Shown one piece after another: positions 1-11,112 of a stretch of 33,549 nt of DNA. The stretch's first letter is position 1. Each line of letters opens with the position of its first letter. The notes under the pieces were generated by a model, which was not told the DNA's origin, did not search any database, and was given only the letters and a program-made list of their open reading frames with translations. Source of the DNA: Octopus bimaculoides (Eukaryota); contig NC_068992.1 of NCBI RefSeq assembly GCF_001194135.2, forward strand, positions 14,524,436 through 14,557,984, written 5' to 3'. The position numbers and the translations under genes were made by a program.

Positions 1-406
1 ATATACAGAGAGAGAGAGAGAGAGAGTATTTAATAGTAGTGTGATTCAGCCTACTACTTACTACTTTTCCTCAATATGTGCTACCAAAATAAGGGTATAT
101 CTAATATGTTAATATGCCTATGTGTGTTTTATGTATGGATGTGTGTCTCCCTATGTGTCCCTGTGTGTGTGGGGCATGTGTGTTTTGTTGTTTCAGTCTT
201 CATTTGTGTGTGGGGGTGTGGGTGTGTGCTTGTCTGTCCATATTACCTATGTACCTATCTATCTATTTATCTATCTGTCTTCTTACATATCCATTTACCT
301 ACATATATATATGTGGTTGGATTGAAGATATTTTAAAAAGTATTTACATTATTAATAAACAACATTCTCCTCATTCATTTTTTTTTTGTGTATTTACCAT
401 TTGTAG

Positions 407-465
407 GTCTTGAGTAATTTAAAAATAGCCACTACAGCTTTATTATACCGGTTAATTATCAAACG
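407..465 (+). CDS. SLC35A4: Nucleotide-sugar transporter (SLC35A4-like), internal coding exon, VLSNLKIATTALLYRLIIK(R)
   Basis: tttgtag acceptor and CG|gtaagt donor. The peptide matches the SLC35A motif QVLSNLKI..TA.LY. The phase-2 end joins 1221 in frame. Confidence 0.9.
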
Positions 466-654
466 GTAAGTACTTCCATAAGTCTTTTGTTCCAATATAT
501 TTTTACAGTTTAATTAGTTTTGTGAATTTTGCCGAATCCTTCGTTACACACACTTTCTTTTTTTAGTGTTTTGTTGTTAGTATTTTTATTTGAAATAATT
601 TCTTTTTTTTCGTTTCCTAAACGTTTTCTTTTTAATATTTTAAAATTTGTAAGG

Positions 655-864
655 TTGGGAGCTGGCAGAAACATTAGCTCACCGAGCGAAATGCTTAGCG
701 GCATTTTGTTTGTCTTTATCTTCTGAGTTCTAATTCCGCCAAGGTTGACTTTGCCTTTCATCCTTTCAGGATTGATAAATTAAGGACCAGTTGCGCACCG
801 GAGTCGATGTAATTGACTTAATTCCTTCCTCCAAATTCGACGCCTTGTGCTTCCAGTAGAAAGG

Positions 865-897
<33 letters not shown>

Positions 898-905
898 GTT
901 AATAA
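655..905 (+). mobile_element. tRNA-derived SINE with (TTA)n tail
   Basis: Head GAGCTGGCAGAA...GAGTTCTAATTCCGCC, body gactttgcctttcatcct, and a (TTA)n tail. Related copies lie at about 910-1150 and 8195-8390 (-). Confidence 0.7.
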
Positions 906-1220
906 TAAGGGTGCAATCTGACAGAATTGTTAGCCCTCTGGGGCCAAGATGTTGAGAGGATTATTCTGAAGACCACAAGGTGACAGAATTCTTCCTAGCC
1001 TGCTGGACAAAATACTTTGTGGCATTTCTTCTGGGTCTTTACAAGTTTATTTTTATTTTATGCTGGCATAAAATAAAGTACCAGTCAAGTACTGGGTTCA
1101 ATGTAATTGACGTAGAATTGCTGGCCTTGTGCCAAAATATGAAAGAATCGTTATTGTTGTTGTTATGTAATTGTTGGGGCAGTTGTCATGTTTTAATCAA
1201 AGCTGTTGATTTCTTTACAG

Positions 1221-1283
1221 GCCTATAACATCAATACAGTGGATATCTCTTGGTTTATTAACTGTTGCTGGTGTTTTTGACAG
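1221..1283 (+). CDS. SLC35A4: SLC35A4-like coding exon, (R)PITSIQWISLGLLTVAGVFD(S)
   Basis: ttctttacag acceptor and AG|gttggt donor, phase 2-2. Aligns with the SLC35A 'LS..QW.ALLLL..G' helix. Confidence 0.85.
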
Positions 1284-1305
1284 GTTGGTAACAATGTTCT
1301 TTATA

Positions 1306-2032
1306 GGGCTTTCCTATAAGGTGTTATTCACCCCTGATTGGAACTCTCCCGTATGACATGTACGCATGCTCAGTGACTTGCTTTAACAGTTGCAATCAGC
1401 TGAATGCACATTGCCAGTGACATTTGACATAATTACCCACACTCTGTGGTCAGGATTCTTTTTTTGGTTTGATGTCGGTATCGAAGGGATTACCAGACAC
1501 CGGACAATACAGTGAGAGCAGCTTTCACTCACATCGTGGTATTTGATGCTGTGTACGTGTCTGTCGTGGTAAAATATGCCACTCCTTAACTGTTGCTTTG
1601 CTTTCATCCGTAGCACGAGGTAATTATGTCATTATCTGTGAAATTCGGCAACTTACAAAGATCTTTAGATCAAGCAATACTTCACCGAGAGGAGATATAA
1701 GCTTCTGCTTATTCCTGTCTGAAGTATCATCCGATACTTCAGACTTATCGTCCGATGAATTTACTTTGTTGACATTCTTCATCGACAGAATTTTTATTCC
1801 TTTCAACCTTTCAGTCAAGTCCGCCTTTCTTCCAGTAACATACTGTCCATATAATCTTAAATATTTCTTTAACTCATGCACAGTAAGTACTTTGATAGCT
1901 GAATCATCAAGCTGCTTTATATCCATGATAAGACGTAAAACAATAACAATGGCGTGGGTAGTCTGCGGAAGTTTAATTATCTACATGGAGCGCCGCCTAG
2001 CCAAGGGAGATAACCTACTTATAGGAAAGCCC
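1306..2032 (-). mobile_element. Internally deleted TIR DNA transposon with SAP-domain and truncated SWIM-finger ORF remnants (possibly Kolobok-like)
   Basis: Inverted termini ttatagggctttcctataag (1301-1320) and cttataggaaagccctataa (2018-2037), with TATA on both flanks. SAP motif LTVHELKKYLRLYGQYVTGRKADLTERL at 1887-1804. SWIM start VHSADCNC near 1385. Confidence 0.75.
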
Positions 2033-2057
2033 TATAACTTTGCATGTATTGTGAGGT

Positions 2058-2170
2058 AGAGGCACGTGGCCTAATGGTTAGGGTGTTGGACTCAGGATCG
2101 TAAGATTGTGGTTTCAGTTCCTGGACTGGGCGGTGCATTGTGTTCTTGAGCAAGCCACTTTATTTCACGT
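2058..2170 (+). mobile_element. tRNA-derived SINE 5' part
   Basis: A-box-like GTGGCCTAATGG and B-box-like GGTTTCAGTTCC, then gcattgtgttcttgagcaag. Confidence 0.65.
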
Positions 2171-2174
2171 CTCT

Positions 2175-2523
2175 TTACAAGTGGTCTCCAGGAAAAAAAA
2201 TTAACTCGTATATCGAGGCGCTACAGTATGGACATCTCATCTGGCCACCACAGCTCCCCCAGATCTCAATATTATTGAAGATTTATGGTGCATCTTAGAA
2301 AAACAAGTAAGGAGTCGATATCCTCCACCATCATCATCACAAGAACTGGAGACTGTTTTAGCTGAAGAATGGACAAAAATTCCTTTGGAAACAACTGAAA
2401 CTTTATATAAGTCAATACCTCATAGAATTCAAGCTGTAATTACTGTCAAAGGTGGTCCTATCCCATGTTAAAATATATTTGTTTGAAATTTTAAGGTGTT
2501 TCCATTATTTTGTCCAGCCCCTG
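2175..2523 (+). mobile_element. Tc1-family transposon 3' fragment
   Basis: Frameshifted WPPQ.PDLNIIEDLW...IPHRIQAVITVKGGP (Tc1 DDE C-terminus). Ends in TIR ttccattattttgtccagcccctg followed by TA. Confidence 0.8.
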
Positions 2524-3174
2524 TATGTTCAAATTATACCTTGCAATGCCTTCTTATGTGTAGCTTTTCATTGAAATCTTTCTTTTGTGGTTCTTTGTAA
2601 TATTTGTGTCAGATATGTCTTTGACTTGTTTCTCATTGTTAATAGTAAGCAAGGAAAATACATGTCAGAACTAGTTGAGTGCTGGGTTAAATCCAGTTGA
2701 GCTTTTTAGATTCACTTGTTTACATTCTGACATTAATTCCCTCTGGAGTCAGCTTGGCTTCACATCACTTTCGACTAGGATTTCATTGATTAATAAATAA
2801 CTTGGTTGTGTTTTAAATTTATGGCTTTGTTCCAAAGTAACAAGTTGATGTTAGTTCCAAAGCCACACAGTGATGACGACGACGAAGATGACTCAATGAC
2901 AACCATCATTATCATCATCAAACACCTACTTCCCCATGCTAGTATGTGTCAGACGGAATTTGACGAGGCAGATTTCCTGTGGCTGGATGTTCTTCCTGTT
3001 GCCAACCCTCGTTTGTGTCCAAGCAGGTTAATATTTCTCATGTGTCTTTCATGTAAGACTAGAAAACAAATAACACCGCTTGCATAACGGGGATGCTTGC
3101 TTACAGCTATCACATGCTGTCAAGACAAGGATACCCACACACATAGACATGCACACAGACATATACGTACATAC

Positions 3175-3205
<31 letters not shown>

Positions 3206-3469
3206 TATATATACAACAGGCTTCTTTCAATTTCCATTTGTTTAATTTGCTCCCAAGGCTTTATGTGGTCTGGGGCTATAGTAGAAAATACTTGCCAAAT
3301 GGGACTGAACCTGAGACCACATGATTGTGAAAACAGCTTCTCAACCACATGACCATACCTGCACCTGGTCTTTGGCTGATAAAGGATTAATTTTCACATT
3401 AGATTATAAATCTTTTTTTTTTCTTTCTTTCATTAGCAGAAGAAATTACAGGATGGCAGTGTTGAGCAT

Positions 3470-4110
3470 TGATGTCATCATCATCGTCGTCATCGTCATT
3501 TGACGTCCGCTTTCCATGCTGGCATGGGTTGGACGGTTTGACTGAGGGCTGGCAAGCGAGAAGGCTGCACCAGGCTCCAATCCAATCTGGCAATGTTTCT
3601 ACAGATGGATGCCCTTCTTAACACCAACCACTCCGAGAGTGTAGTGAGTGCTTTTTACGTGCCACCAGCATGAGGGCCAGTCAGGTGGCACTGGTATCGA
3701 CCACGCTCGAATGGTCCTTTTTACATGCCACCGGCACAGGTGCCAACCAGGCAGTACTGTCATCGGCCACGACAGTGACTTCACTTTCCTCAACAGGTCT
3801 TCGCAAGTGCAGTTTATTGTCCAATGTTTGAAGGCTGCTCTTATATGAACTGGTTACACTTCACTGGCACAGGCCAGGGTTATGGTCTCACTTGGCTTGC
3901 CGAGTCATCTAAGCACAGCATATCTCCAAAGGTCTCGGCCACTTGTCATCGCCTTGCTGAGGCCCAGCGTTCAAAGATCATGCTTCATCACCTCATCCCA
4001 GGTCTTCTTGGGTCTACCTCTTCCACAGGTTCCCTCTACTGCTAGGGGGTGACACTTTTTCACCCAGCTGTCCTCATCCACGAGGTGACATGAAGTGACA
4101 TGAAATAAAA
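3470..4110 (-). mobile_element. RTE LINE 3' fragment with (GAT)n tail
   Basis: RTE C-terminal peptide VEGTCGRGRPKKTWDEV, then the 3' UTR ending ...CATGGAAAGCGGACGTCAAATGACGATG. Confidence 0.8.
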
Positions 4111-4202
4111 TAAGTAAATCTAAATTCGTTTTACGTTCCCCACTCCCTCTTTCGTAAATTCTTCGGAAATTAATCCTGTATTTAATCTCCAATGAATTCC
4201 AT

Positions 4203-4450
4203 NNNNNNNNNNNNNNNNNNNNNNNNNNNNNNNNNNNNNNNNNNNNNNNNNNNNNNNNNNNNNNNNNNNNNNNNNNNNNNNNNNNNNNNNNNNNNNNNNN
4301 NNNNNNNNNNNNNNNNNNNNNNNNNNNNNNNNNNNNNNNNNNNNNNNNNNNNNNNNNNNNNNNNNNNNNNNNNNNNNNNNNNNNNNNNNNNNNNNNNNNN
4401 NNNNNNNNNNNNNNNNNNNNNNNNNNNNNNNNNNNNNNNNNNNNNNNNNN
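4203..4450. other. Assembly gap (others at 12683-13244, 20728-21279, 27999-28497)
   Basis: Runs of N. This first gap removes the 5' part of an SLC35A4 exon. Confidence 1.
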
Positions 4451-4537
4451 AAAGGTTTATTCATGATTGTCCTCTACTGCTTCATTTCTGGACTCTCCGG
4501 GGTTTACACAGAGTATATTCTGAAACAAAATTCTCAG
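4451..4537 (+). CDS. SLC35A4: SLC35A4-like coding exon (5' end hidden in the N gap), KGLFMIVLYCFISGLSGVYTEYILKQNSQ
   Basis: Matches human SLC35A4 GLLLLILYCLISGLSSVYTELLMK as recalled. CAG|gtaaac donor, phase 0. Confidence 0.9.
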
Positions 4538-4565
4538 GTAAACAACTTTTCTGAAGCTTATAACT

Positions 4566-4594
<29 letters not shown>

Positions 4595-4596
<2 letters not shown>

Positions 4597-5325
4597 CATC
4601 ATCATCATCATCGTTTAACGTCCGTTTTCCATGCTGGCATAGGTTGGACGGTTTGATTGGGGACTGGCAAGCCAGGAGGCTGCACCAGGCTCCAATCTGA
4701 TCTGGCAATGTTTCTACAGCTGGATGCCCTTCCTAACGCCAACCACTCCAAGAGTGTAGTGGGTGCTTTTTATGTACCACCGGCACAGGGAGCCAATCAG
4801 GCAGCACTGGCAACAACCCAAACATGTATAGTGCTTATTGTGTACCACCAGCACAGGAGCCAGTCAGGCGGCACTGGTGTTGGTCACAACTACAATTTCC
4901 ATTTGATTGTGATTTGATTTTGATTTTACTTGACTCAATAGGTCTCCTCAAGCATGTCATGTCGCCAGACGATCCAAAGGTACTTTTTTAAGTGGGCTGG
5001 TTATGCGACACTGGTGTAGGCTATACCTGTGATCTCACTTTACTTGCTGGGTCTTCTCAATCACAGCATATCTCCAAAGGTCTTGATCTTGGTCTTTTGT
5101 CATTGCCTCTATGAGGCCCAACGTTCGAAGGTCATGCTTCACCAACTCATCCCATATATTCCAGGGTCTCCCTCTTCCATGGGTTCCTTCCACTGTTAGG
5201 GAGTGACACTTCTTCACACAACTCTCCTCATCTATACACAGCACATGACCATACCAGTGCAGTCGTCTCTCTTGCACACCACATCTGATGCATCTTATAT
5301 CCAACATTTCTCTTGGATGCCACAT
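4595..5325 (-). mobile_element. RTE LINE 3' fragment with (GAT)n tail
   Basis: ERRLHWYGHVLCIDEESCVKKC...GRGRPW, with the same 3' UTR as the 3470-4110 copy. Confidence 0.85.
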
Positions 5326-5790
5326 TGAGATTCAAATAGGATATCATTTACGAGACACACATTCAGGCGGGTAGGAAGAATATTTGTCAGAACCTTGCCA
5401 GCAGCTGATAGTAGAGCAATAACTCTGTAGTTACCACACATTGTTCTGGCTCCTTTTCCTTTATAGAGGGGAAGAATAATAGCATCCTTCCACTCCTTAG
5501 GCATTGCACCATCCCTCCAGACTGCACTAATAAGTTCATGAAGGGACTGTATGATGTAATCACCACCAAATTGCAAGACCTCAGCACAAATTCCATCCTT
5601 TCCAGGTGCCCTACCAAGATTCAATTCACTTATTGATGCCATTACTTCATCTATTGAGGGCGAGGAGTCTAAGGAGCCAATGATAGGTCTTTGTTGCATA
5701 GTATCAATCACTGTTTCATCCACAACTGACTCATGGTTTAGGAGTTCAGAGAAGTGTTCAATCTAACGACCAGTATAAGCATGGCCACTC
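5326..5790 (-). mobile_element. RTE (BovB-like) reverse transcriptase N-terminal fragment
   Basis: GRAPGKDGICAE...WKDAIILPLYKGKG...NYRVIALLSAAGKVL...ESQCG covers non-LTR RT domains 0-2. Confidence 0.85.
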
Positions 5791-5829
5791 CACTACCAAT
5801 GTGCACCAAATGAGAACAAAGAGCAGTGA

Positions 5830-6560
5830 TCTGAGAGATAGTAATGGTGTACCGGCTTACCATTACTTTCCGTGACTTTCATTACCTGATCTAACAACTT
5901 GATACCTCTGTAATTATTTGTATCTAAAGCGTCACCTTTACCTTTGTAGCAGTTGACTATGGTGCTGCTACACCAGTCATTGGGCATGACTCCTTCGTGT
6001 ATCACCTGGTTAGCAATATGGGTGACTAGGCTATAGCTGACACTGCCAGATATTTTGAGCATCTCTGCAGTAGAGGCGTCTCCAAACGTCTTTCTATGCA
6101 GCCTCGTTTAGTGCAAGTGTACCATCATCCATGCGAACACATTTCTCTCCGATGACATCACGATTCTCTCTCACACACTGTCTTGCAACACGAAATACCT
6201 CAAGTCTTTGGTCCTCACAGCGCAGAACATTGGCAAACTTTTTCTTATCTGCTTCCCCTCTGGTTCAATAAACTTGTCTCTTAGCTTCCCTTCTGGCAGT
6301 CTGATACAATTCCCTGCTACCTCCATTCTTCCTGTCCTGTTCCTTTTGTCTAATAGCCCTGTCAACCACCTTGTTCCACCACCATGTTACCTTGGGTCGA
6401 GAGGGGACTTTACACCAGCCACAGATCTGGTCGGTGGCTCTCAGTAGGTTGTCCCGTAGAAACCTCCAATTGTCTTAGAACCTTTCCTCTTTTAATCCAC
6501 CAGTCTTTTCAGGAGATGGCCTACAAAATTACCTTCTTGACAGAGCTGCACAAAACCAAA
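5830..6560 (-). mobile_element. RTE LINE fragment (inter-domain region to RT start), decayed
   Basis: TWWWNKVVDRAI... and PNDWCSSTIVNCYKGKGDALDTNNYRGIKLLDQVMKV, with internal deletion and stops. Confidence 0.8.
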
Positions 6561-6802
6561 GGTCTCCTTACTTTGTACTCAGTCTCTTTCTATTTCTTTC
6601 CTTTAACAAACCATGTTCCTCTGTGTGTGTGTGTGTGTGTGTATGTGTGTGTGTGTTGGCATAAGCATAGCTGTGTGGTCAAGAAGCTCACTTTGCAACC
6701 AAGGGGTTTGGGGTTCAGTCCCACTGTGTAGCCCATCGTATGTGTGTGTGTTTTTTGGGGTGGCAGTCATTAAAACTTTTTTTTTTAAACTTTATTTTTC
6801 AG

Positions 6803-6902
6803 AGTTCCCTTCATTTGCAAAATATTTTATTATATTCCTTTGGTATTGTACTCAATTTCGGGATGTGGACAATCCAAGCCAGCAATCATTATGAAGAAAA
6901 AG
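6803..6902 (+). CDS. SLC35A4: SLC35A4-like coding exon, SSLHLQNILLYSFGIVLNFGMWTIQASNHYEEK(D)
   Basis: tttatttttcag acceptor and G|gttaga donor, phase 0-1. Contains the family motif LQN..LY.FG..LN. Confidence 0.92.
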
Positions 6903-6948
6903 GTTAGATATTTTTTTTTTTTTTGCTTTCACTCACAAAAAGGAAACC

Positions 6949-6949
<1 letters not shown>

Positions 6950-6990
<41 letters not shown>

Positions 6991-7437
6991 GATAGTAATA
7001 ATAAGATAGAGAAATTAAGGCAAATAGACCAGATATAGTTGTCAAAGATCATGAAGGAAAAAAATGCCTTCTAATTGATGTTTCAATACCAGCAGATGAC
7101 AACGTTTCTCTAAAAGAAATGGAAAAACTTTCAAAATACAAAGACCTGGAAATAGAGATAACTCGAATGTGGAATCTAAAAACAGAAACAATTCCTATCA
7201 TAGTAGGTGCCTTAGGTATAATAAAAAAATATTCAGACAAATACATAACAAAAACACCAGGACTTACAAATATATATAACATACAGAAAATTGCACTACT
7301 GGGTACTGCACACATTCTACGCAAAACACTTTCAATACAGTAAACATAAGAGCACCACAGCAAACCACAGCACATACCCAAGGCGCACAGAGCTGCGCTC
7401 GGTAGTGAAGTGAAAGCACGTTATAAAAATAAAACTA

Positions 7438-7475
<38 letters not shown>

Positions 7476-7572
7476 TAGTAATAATAATAATTATAATAAC
7501 AACAACGAGTTTCTCTGCCCTAGGTGTACGGAAAACACTCGACGAGAAATGGAAGAAAATTTGAAGAAAGAC

Positions 7573-7603
<31 letters not shown>

Positions 7604-7635
7604 TAGTAATAATAATAATAATAATAATAATAGAT
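6950..7635. repeat. (AAT)n microsatellite tracts at 6950-7004, 7441-7505 and 7588-7632
   Basis: Direct reading. Confidence 0.95.
7005..7440 (+). mobile_element. 5'-truncated R4/Dong-like non-LTR element (restriction-like endonuclease end)
   Basis: Open frame to 7343: NRPDIVV...LIDVSIP...EKLSKYKDL...IPIIVGALG, the PD-(D/E)xK RLE signature. Flanked on both sides by (AAT)n. Confidence 0.85.
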
Positions 7636-7649
7636 GCAGTTCTAGGCAG

Positions 7650-8180
7650 TGGTGCTCATGGCTTTTGTTCTTAACTGATTGGAAGTGTTATCATGTACAT
7701 TGTTTTGTCTTGGTATAAAAGACAGGCAACAAAAAATATTCTGCTCAATACCACGGATTTGCTTGTCAGTTGTTTGACCTTAACCAGTTGAGCATGTCCC
7801 TTGGTGGCTGATACAGTATGTGCATCTCTGATCATGAGCAGAAGTAGTGGGGAAGCATCATAGCTGTGTGTTGGAAGGAATTCTTTAAGGTTTGAATAAT
7901 TCACCTTTGGAAACATATTTAAACAACCCTTATTCAGGGACCTTTTGAGCGGATGGGCTACTCAACCTGAAGAGAATTCTAATTGGGCCCCATCTGCAAG
8001 GTCATGTACCATTTATCCTGATATGAGATCACCATGTCGTGCAAATATCGGTTGTGATGCATGTGCCTGGTGTACCCTTATCAGACAGTTATGATGGGTA
8101 TATTGGGCTTCGTATATTTCTACCTCAGTGTCACTTTGATGGCGTGCACTGCTCTCTCACTCAATGATAATAATAATAAT
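7650..8180 (+). mobile_element. Interspersed repeat, probably a non-LTR 3' end terminating in (AAT)n
   Basis: GC-richer non-coding block between (AAT)n tracts, ending ctctctcactcaatgataataataat. Family not identified. Confidence 0.45.
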
Positions 8181-9200
8181 AACAGCAACAACAATGGTTT
8201 CAAATTTTAGCAGTTTTGGGGAGGGAGTAAGTCGATAACATCGACTCGAGTTCTCAACTGGTACTGGTTTCATTGACCCAGAAAGGATGAAAGTCAAAGT
8301 TGACCTTGGCAGAATTTGAACTGTGTGTGAAGATGGGTGGTATACCACTAAGCGTTTTGCCTGGTGTGCTAACAGCCCTGCCACCTTAATAATCTTCATT
8401 GTTTAATGTCCGCTTTCCATGCTGGCATGGGTTAGACGGTTTGACTGAGGACTGGCAAGCCAGCGCAGTTGTCTCTCTTACACACTACATCTGATGCTTC
8501 TTATGTCCAACTTATCATAATAATGATGAGTAATAGTAGTAGTAGTAGTTTAAATTACATTGAGGTCAGCTGTGGCTTTCATCCCTCCCCAGTTGATAAA
8601 ATAAAGAAGCAGTCTAGCACCCCCACCTCAAAATAACTGGCCTTATGCCTAAATTAGAGACAGTTGTCATTTCAGTCATTCTCCATTGGTGCCTTCAGCT
8701 GTCTTGGTCCTCAGTACATCTTGCTAACTTACCAGTAGCTCTGTTTGTACTGTTCTTTTATAGAATGAAATATTTAGGAGTCCATAACAAGCAGCTCATA
8801 AACTCTTGCATCCTGAATACACCAAATTTCTAGATTTTTTTAATATCTTTGTTAAAAAGCAATTTGCATCAGATGTTTTCATTTCTTTTATTCCTGTTGT
8901 TGTTTCCGATCTCAGCAAGAAACACTTTGAAGCTGCATTGGAACTGTGTCAGGAACCTGGTCCACAGCCAGCGCAGTGGAAATTTTGACACCAAAAAATA
9001 AATGTTTAAGTGAAGTTAACAGTCTTTGTGTGTTTTCGAATGGTTAATATGCGTCTTACACTCTGTAATCATTTTAGTTTCAACTCACAGTCTTGGATCA
9101 AATTACATGCCAGACACGTACACCTCTGAAATTATGACAGTTTCAGCCAGACTAATTGATATTCTAATTGTATTTTGTTTCTTCTCTGATACATTTTCAG

Positions 9201-9259
9201 ATAGTTTTTCCCTTTTCAAAGGATATTCTATATACACATGGATCATTATCATTACTCAA
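9201..9259 (+). CDS. SLC35A4: SLC35A4-like coding exon, (D)SFSLFKGYSIYTWIIIITQ
   Basis: acattttcag acceptor and CAA|gtaagg donor, phase 1-0. Contains the family motif F.GYS..TW. Confidence 0.9.
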
Positions 9260-10097
9260 GTAAGGATATGTTGCTGGGTTTCTTTTTCTTTTTCTTTTTT
9301 TGTATTAACATCCATTCATAACTTGCATCATCATCATCATCATCACAATAAGAAAAACTGTCTATCATTTTATCAATTGCATTTTATTTTATTTTGTTTT
9401 AGTTATCATTTTTGCAGTTGATTATAGAATATTATTTTTATTACATCATATTAGTTGACAAGTTAAGACATATCAGAAATTAAAAAAGGGAAAATAATAT
9501 AATTCAGTTTAAAGGGGATGACTGAGGCATATGAAAAGTATTATTCTCTTATAATTAAATTTCATAAATTTGTATGAGCTAATTAACTTAGAGTGGTTGT
9601 TAACTAGTTATTTTTAATAATCAGCTACTAAATGTATTTATATTTACAATTTCAAGTGAAATAGGCATAATTCCAGTCTTCTTGCGATATTAGTAATGAC
9701 TAACAATTAATCATGGTCTTATAAAAGTGGGTTTTCCAATTCTGTCGGTGATGTTAATGTGCCATGTGTCGAAGGTCCTGTGTCACTTTGATGATTCAGT
9801 GCCCTGTGACAGAGAACAATGCAAATCCAATGTAAAATTTTTGCACTTTTATTTTTTTCTCTCTTTATTTTCGACTGGTTTCCAGTCACTTGAAGTGACT
9901 CATGGACATCATTTGGACCCAGAACGTAGAGGGACTGAATGAAATGTATTAAATAGGGCTACTGTCCCCAAACATAGTCTTGGGACTCAACGCTTTGTCT
10001 GTTATTAATCATACTTGCTTATGACTTGTTTCCACTGTTCTTGACTTTCCATTTGCCCTCAAGAGAAGGCCTTCCCCTCTGAAGTCTTGTTGGCTTT

Positions 10098-10920
10098 GAA
10101 TTAGATAGAAGAAAACTGTGCCAAAACATGATGTGTGTGTGAGCATAAGATCAAAAAATATATTGCAGTATTTGGTTCCAACCAAGTTATCTTCCTTTTC
10201 ACCAAAGTAGAATTTCACCATCAGACGAATAGAGGTGAGTAAAATAAATGCCATCACCAAAAGGTCATTGTAAAGCAAATAACCACCATAATTGATGTCC
10301 AGACTACAGTGGAAAAAGGCAAGCCACTGGATTTGGATTAAAAGAGATGATAAGCAATGAATATTGAGCAGAACTGAGTAACCAGTTGCTCTAGTAAGTG
10401 GAACCTCATTTCAGTGAGGTGGGGTTGGTACTCAGTGATGCCGTAGAGAAGTAGGCCCTGAAACAACACGTATTCTCTTCTGATGACTCAATAAACTTGC
10501 TAGCATCTGCGGTGGAACTTGCGTCTGCAAGTTGTTTGCAAAAATCCAATGCTTCTGTAACCTTGCTCTGTTTCTAAGTTGGGGTGTTGGCCCTGGGGAG
10601 AGACAGTCTGTATTTGTTTGGCTTCGTATCCTTTGACTTGTCCTGCAGTGGTGGTGGGGGGGGGGTGCCTGTCAAGGAGTTTGTGCTCCACTGGCATGGC
10701 TCTCAGGGTTGTCGAGGCACACAAGCCACTTCACTGCAACAAGTCCTGGACCTTTTGCTATGGCATTTATTTTATCCACCTCTATTTGTCCGATGGTGAA
10801 ATTCTACTTTGGTGCAAAAGAAGATAACTTGGTTGGAACCAAAATGCTGCAAAACATTTTTGTAAGCTTATTCTCACACACTCGCAACATGTTTTGGCAC
10901 AGTTTTCTTCTACCAAATTC
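10098..10920. repeat. Inverted repeat pair (arms about 10098-10258 and 10757-10920)
   Basis: The arms share tggcatttatttta...gatggtgaaattctactttggt...gataacttggttggaaccaaa...catgttttggcacagttttcttcta in opposite orientation. This is also visible as the same peptide in ORFs 10009-10278(-) and 10709-11146(+). Confidence 0.9.
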
Positions 10921-11112
10921 CACGCACAAGTTATCCAGTCAGTGTAAGGCTTTGGTAAAAGACATTAGCATAAGGTACCATGTATTGAAATTGATCCTGA
11001 ATCTATATATGCTAACCACAAGCCTGTGGTATTTTTTTTTTAAATTTAGATTTTACGTTTTTTTAGAGTTGTTTCTGTTGTCAAATGTTTTCTCTGTTAC
11101 TTGTCATTTCAG

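Noticed and set aside
2613-2644. Possible small SLC35A4 exon (ag|ATATG...AATA|gtaagc)
   Set aside because: Its peptide and phase do not fit the expected continuation after ...VFDS. The missing residues more plausibly lie in the 4203-4450 gap.
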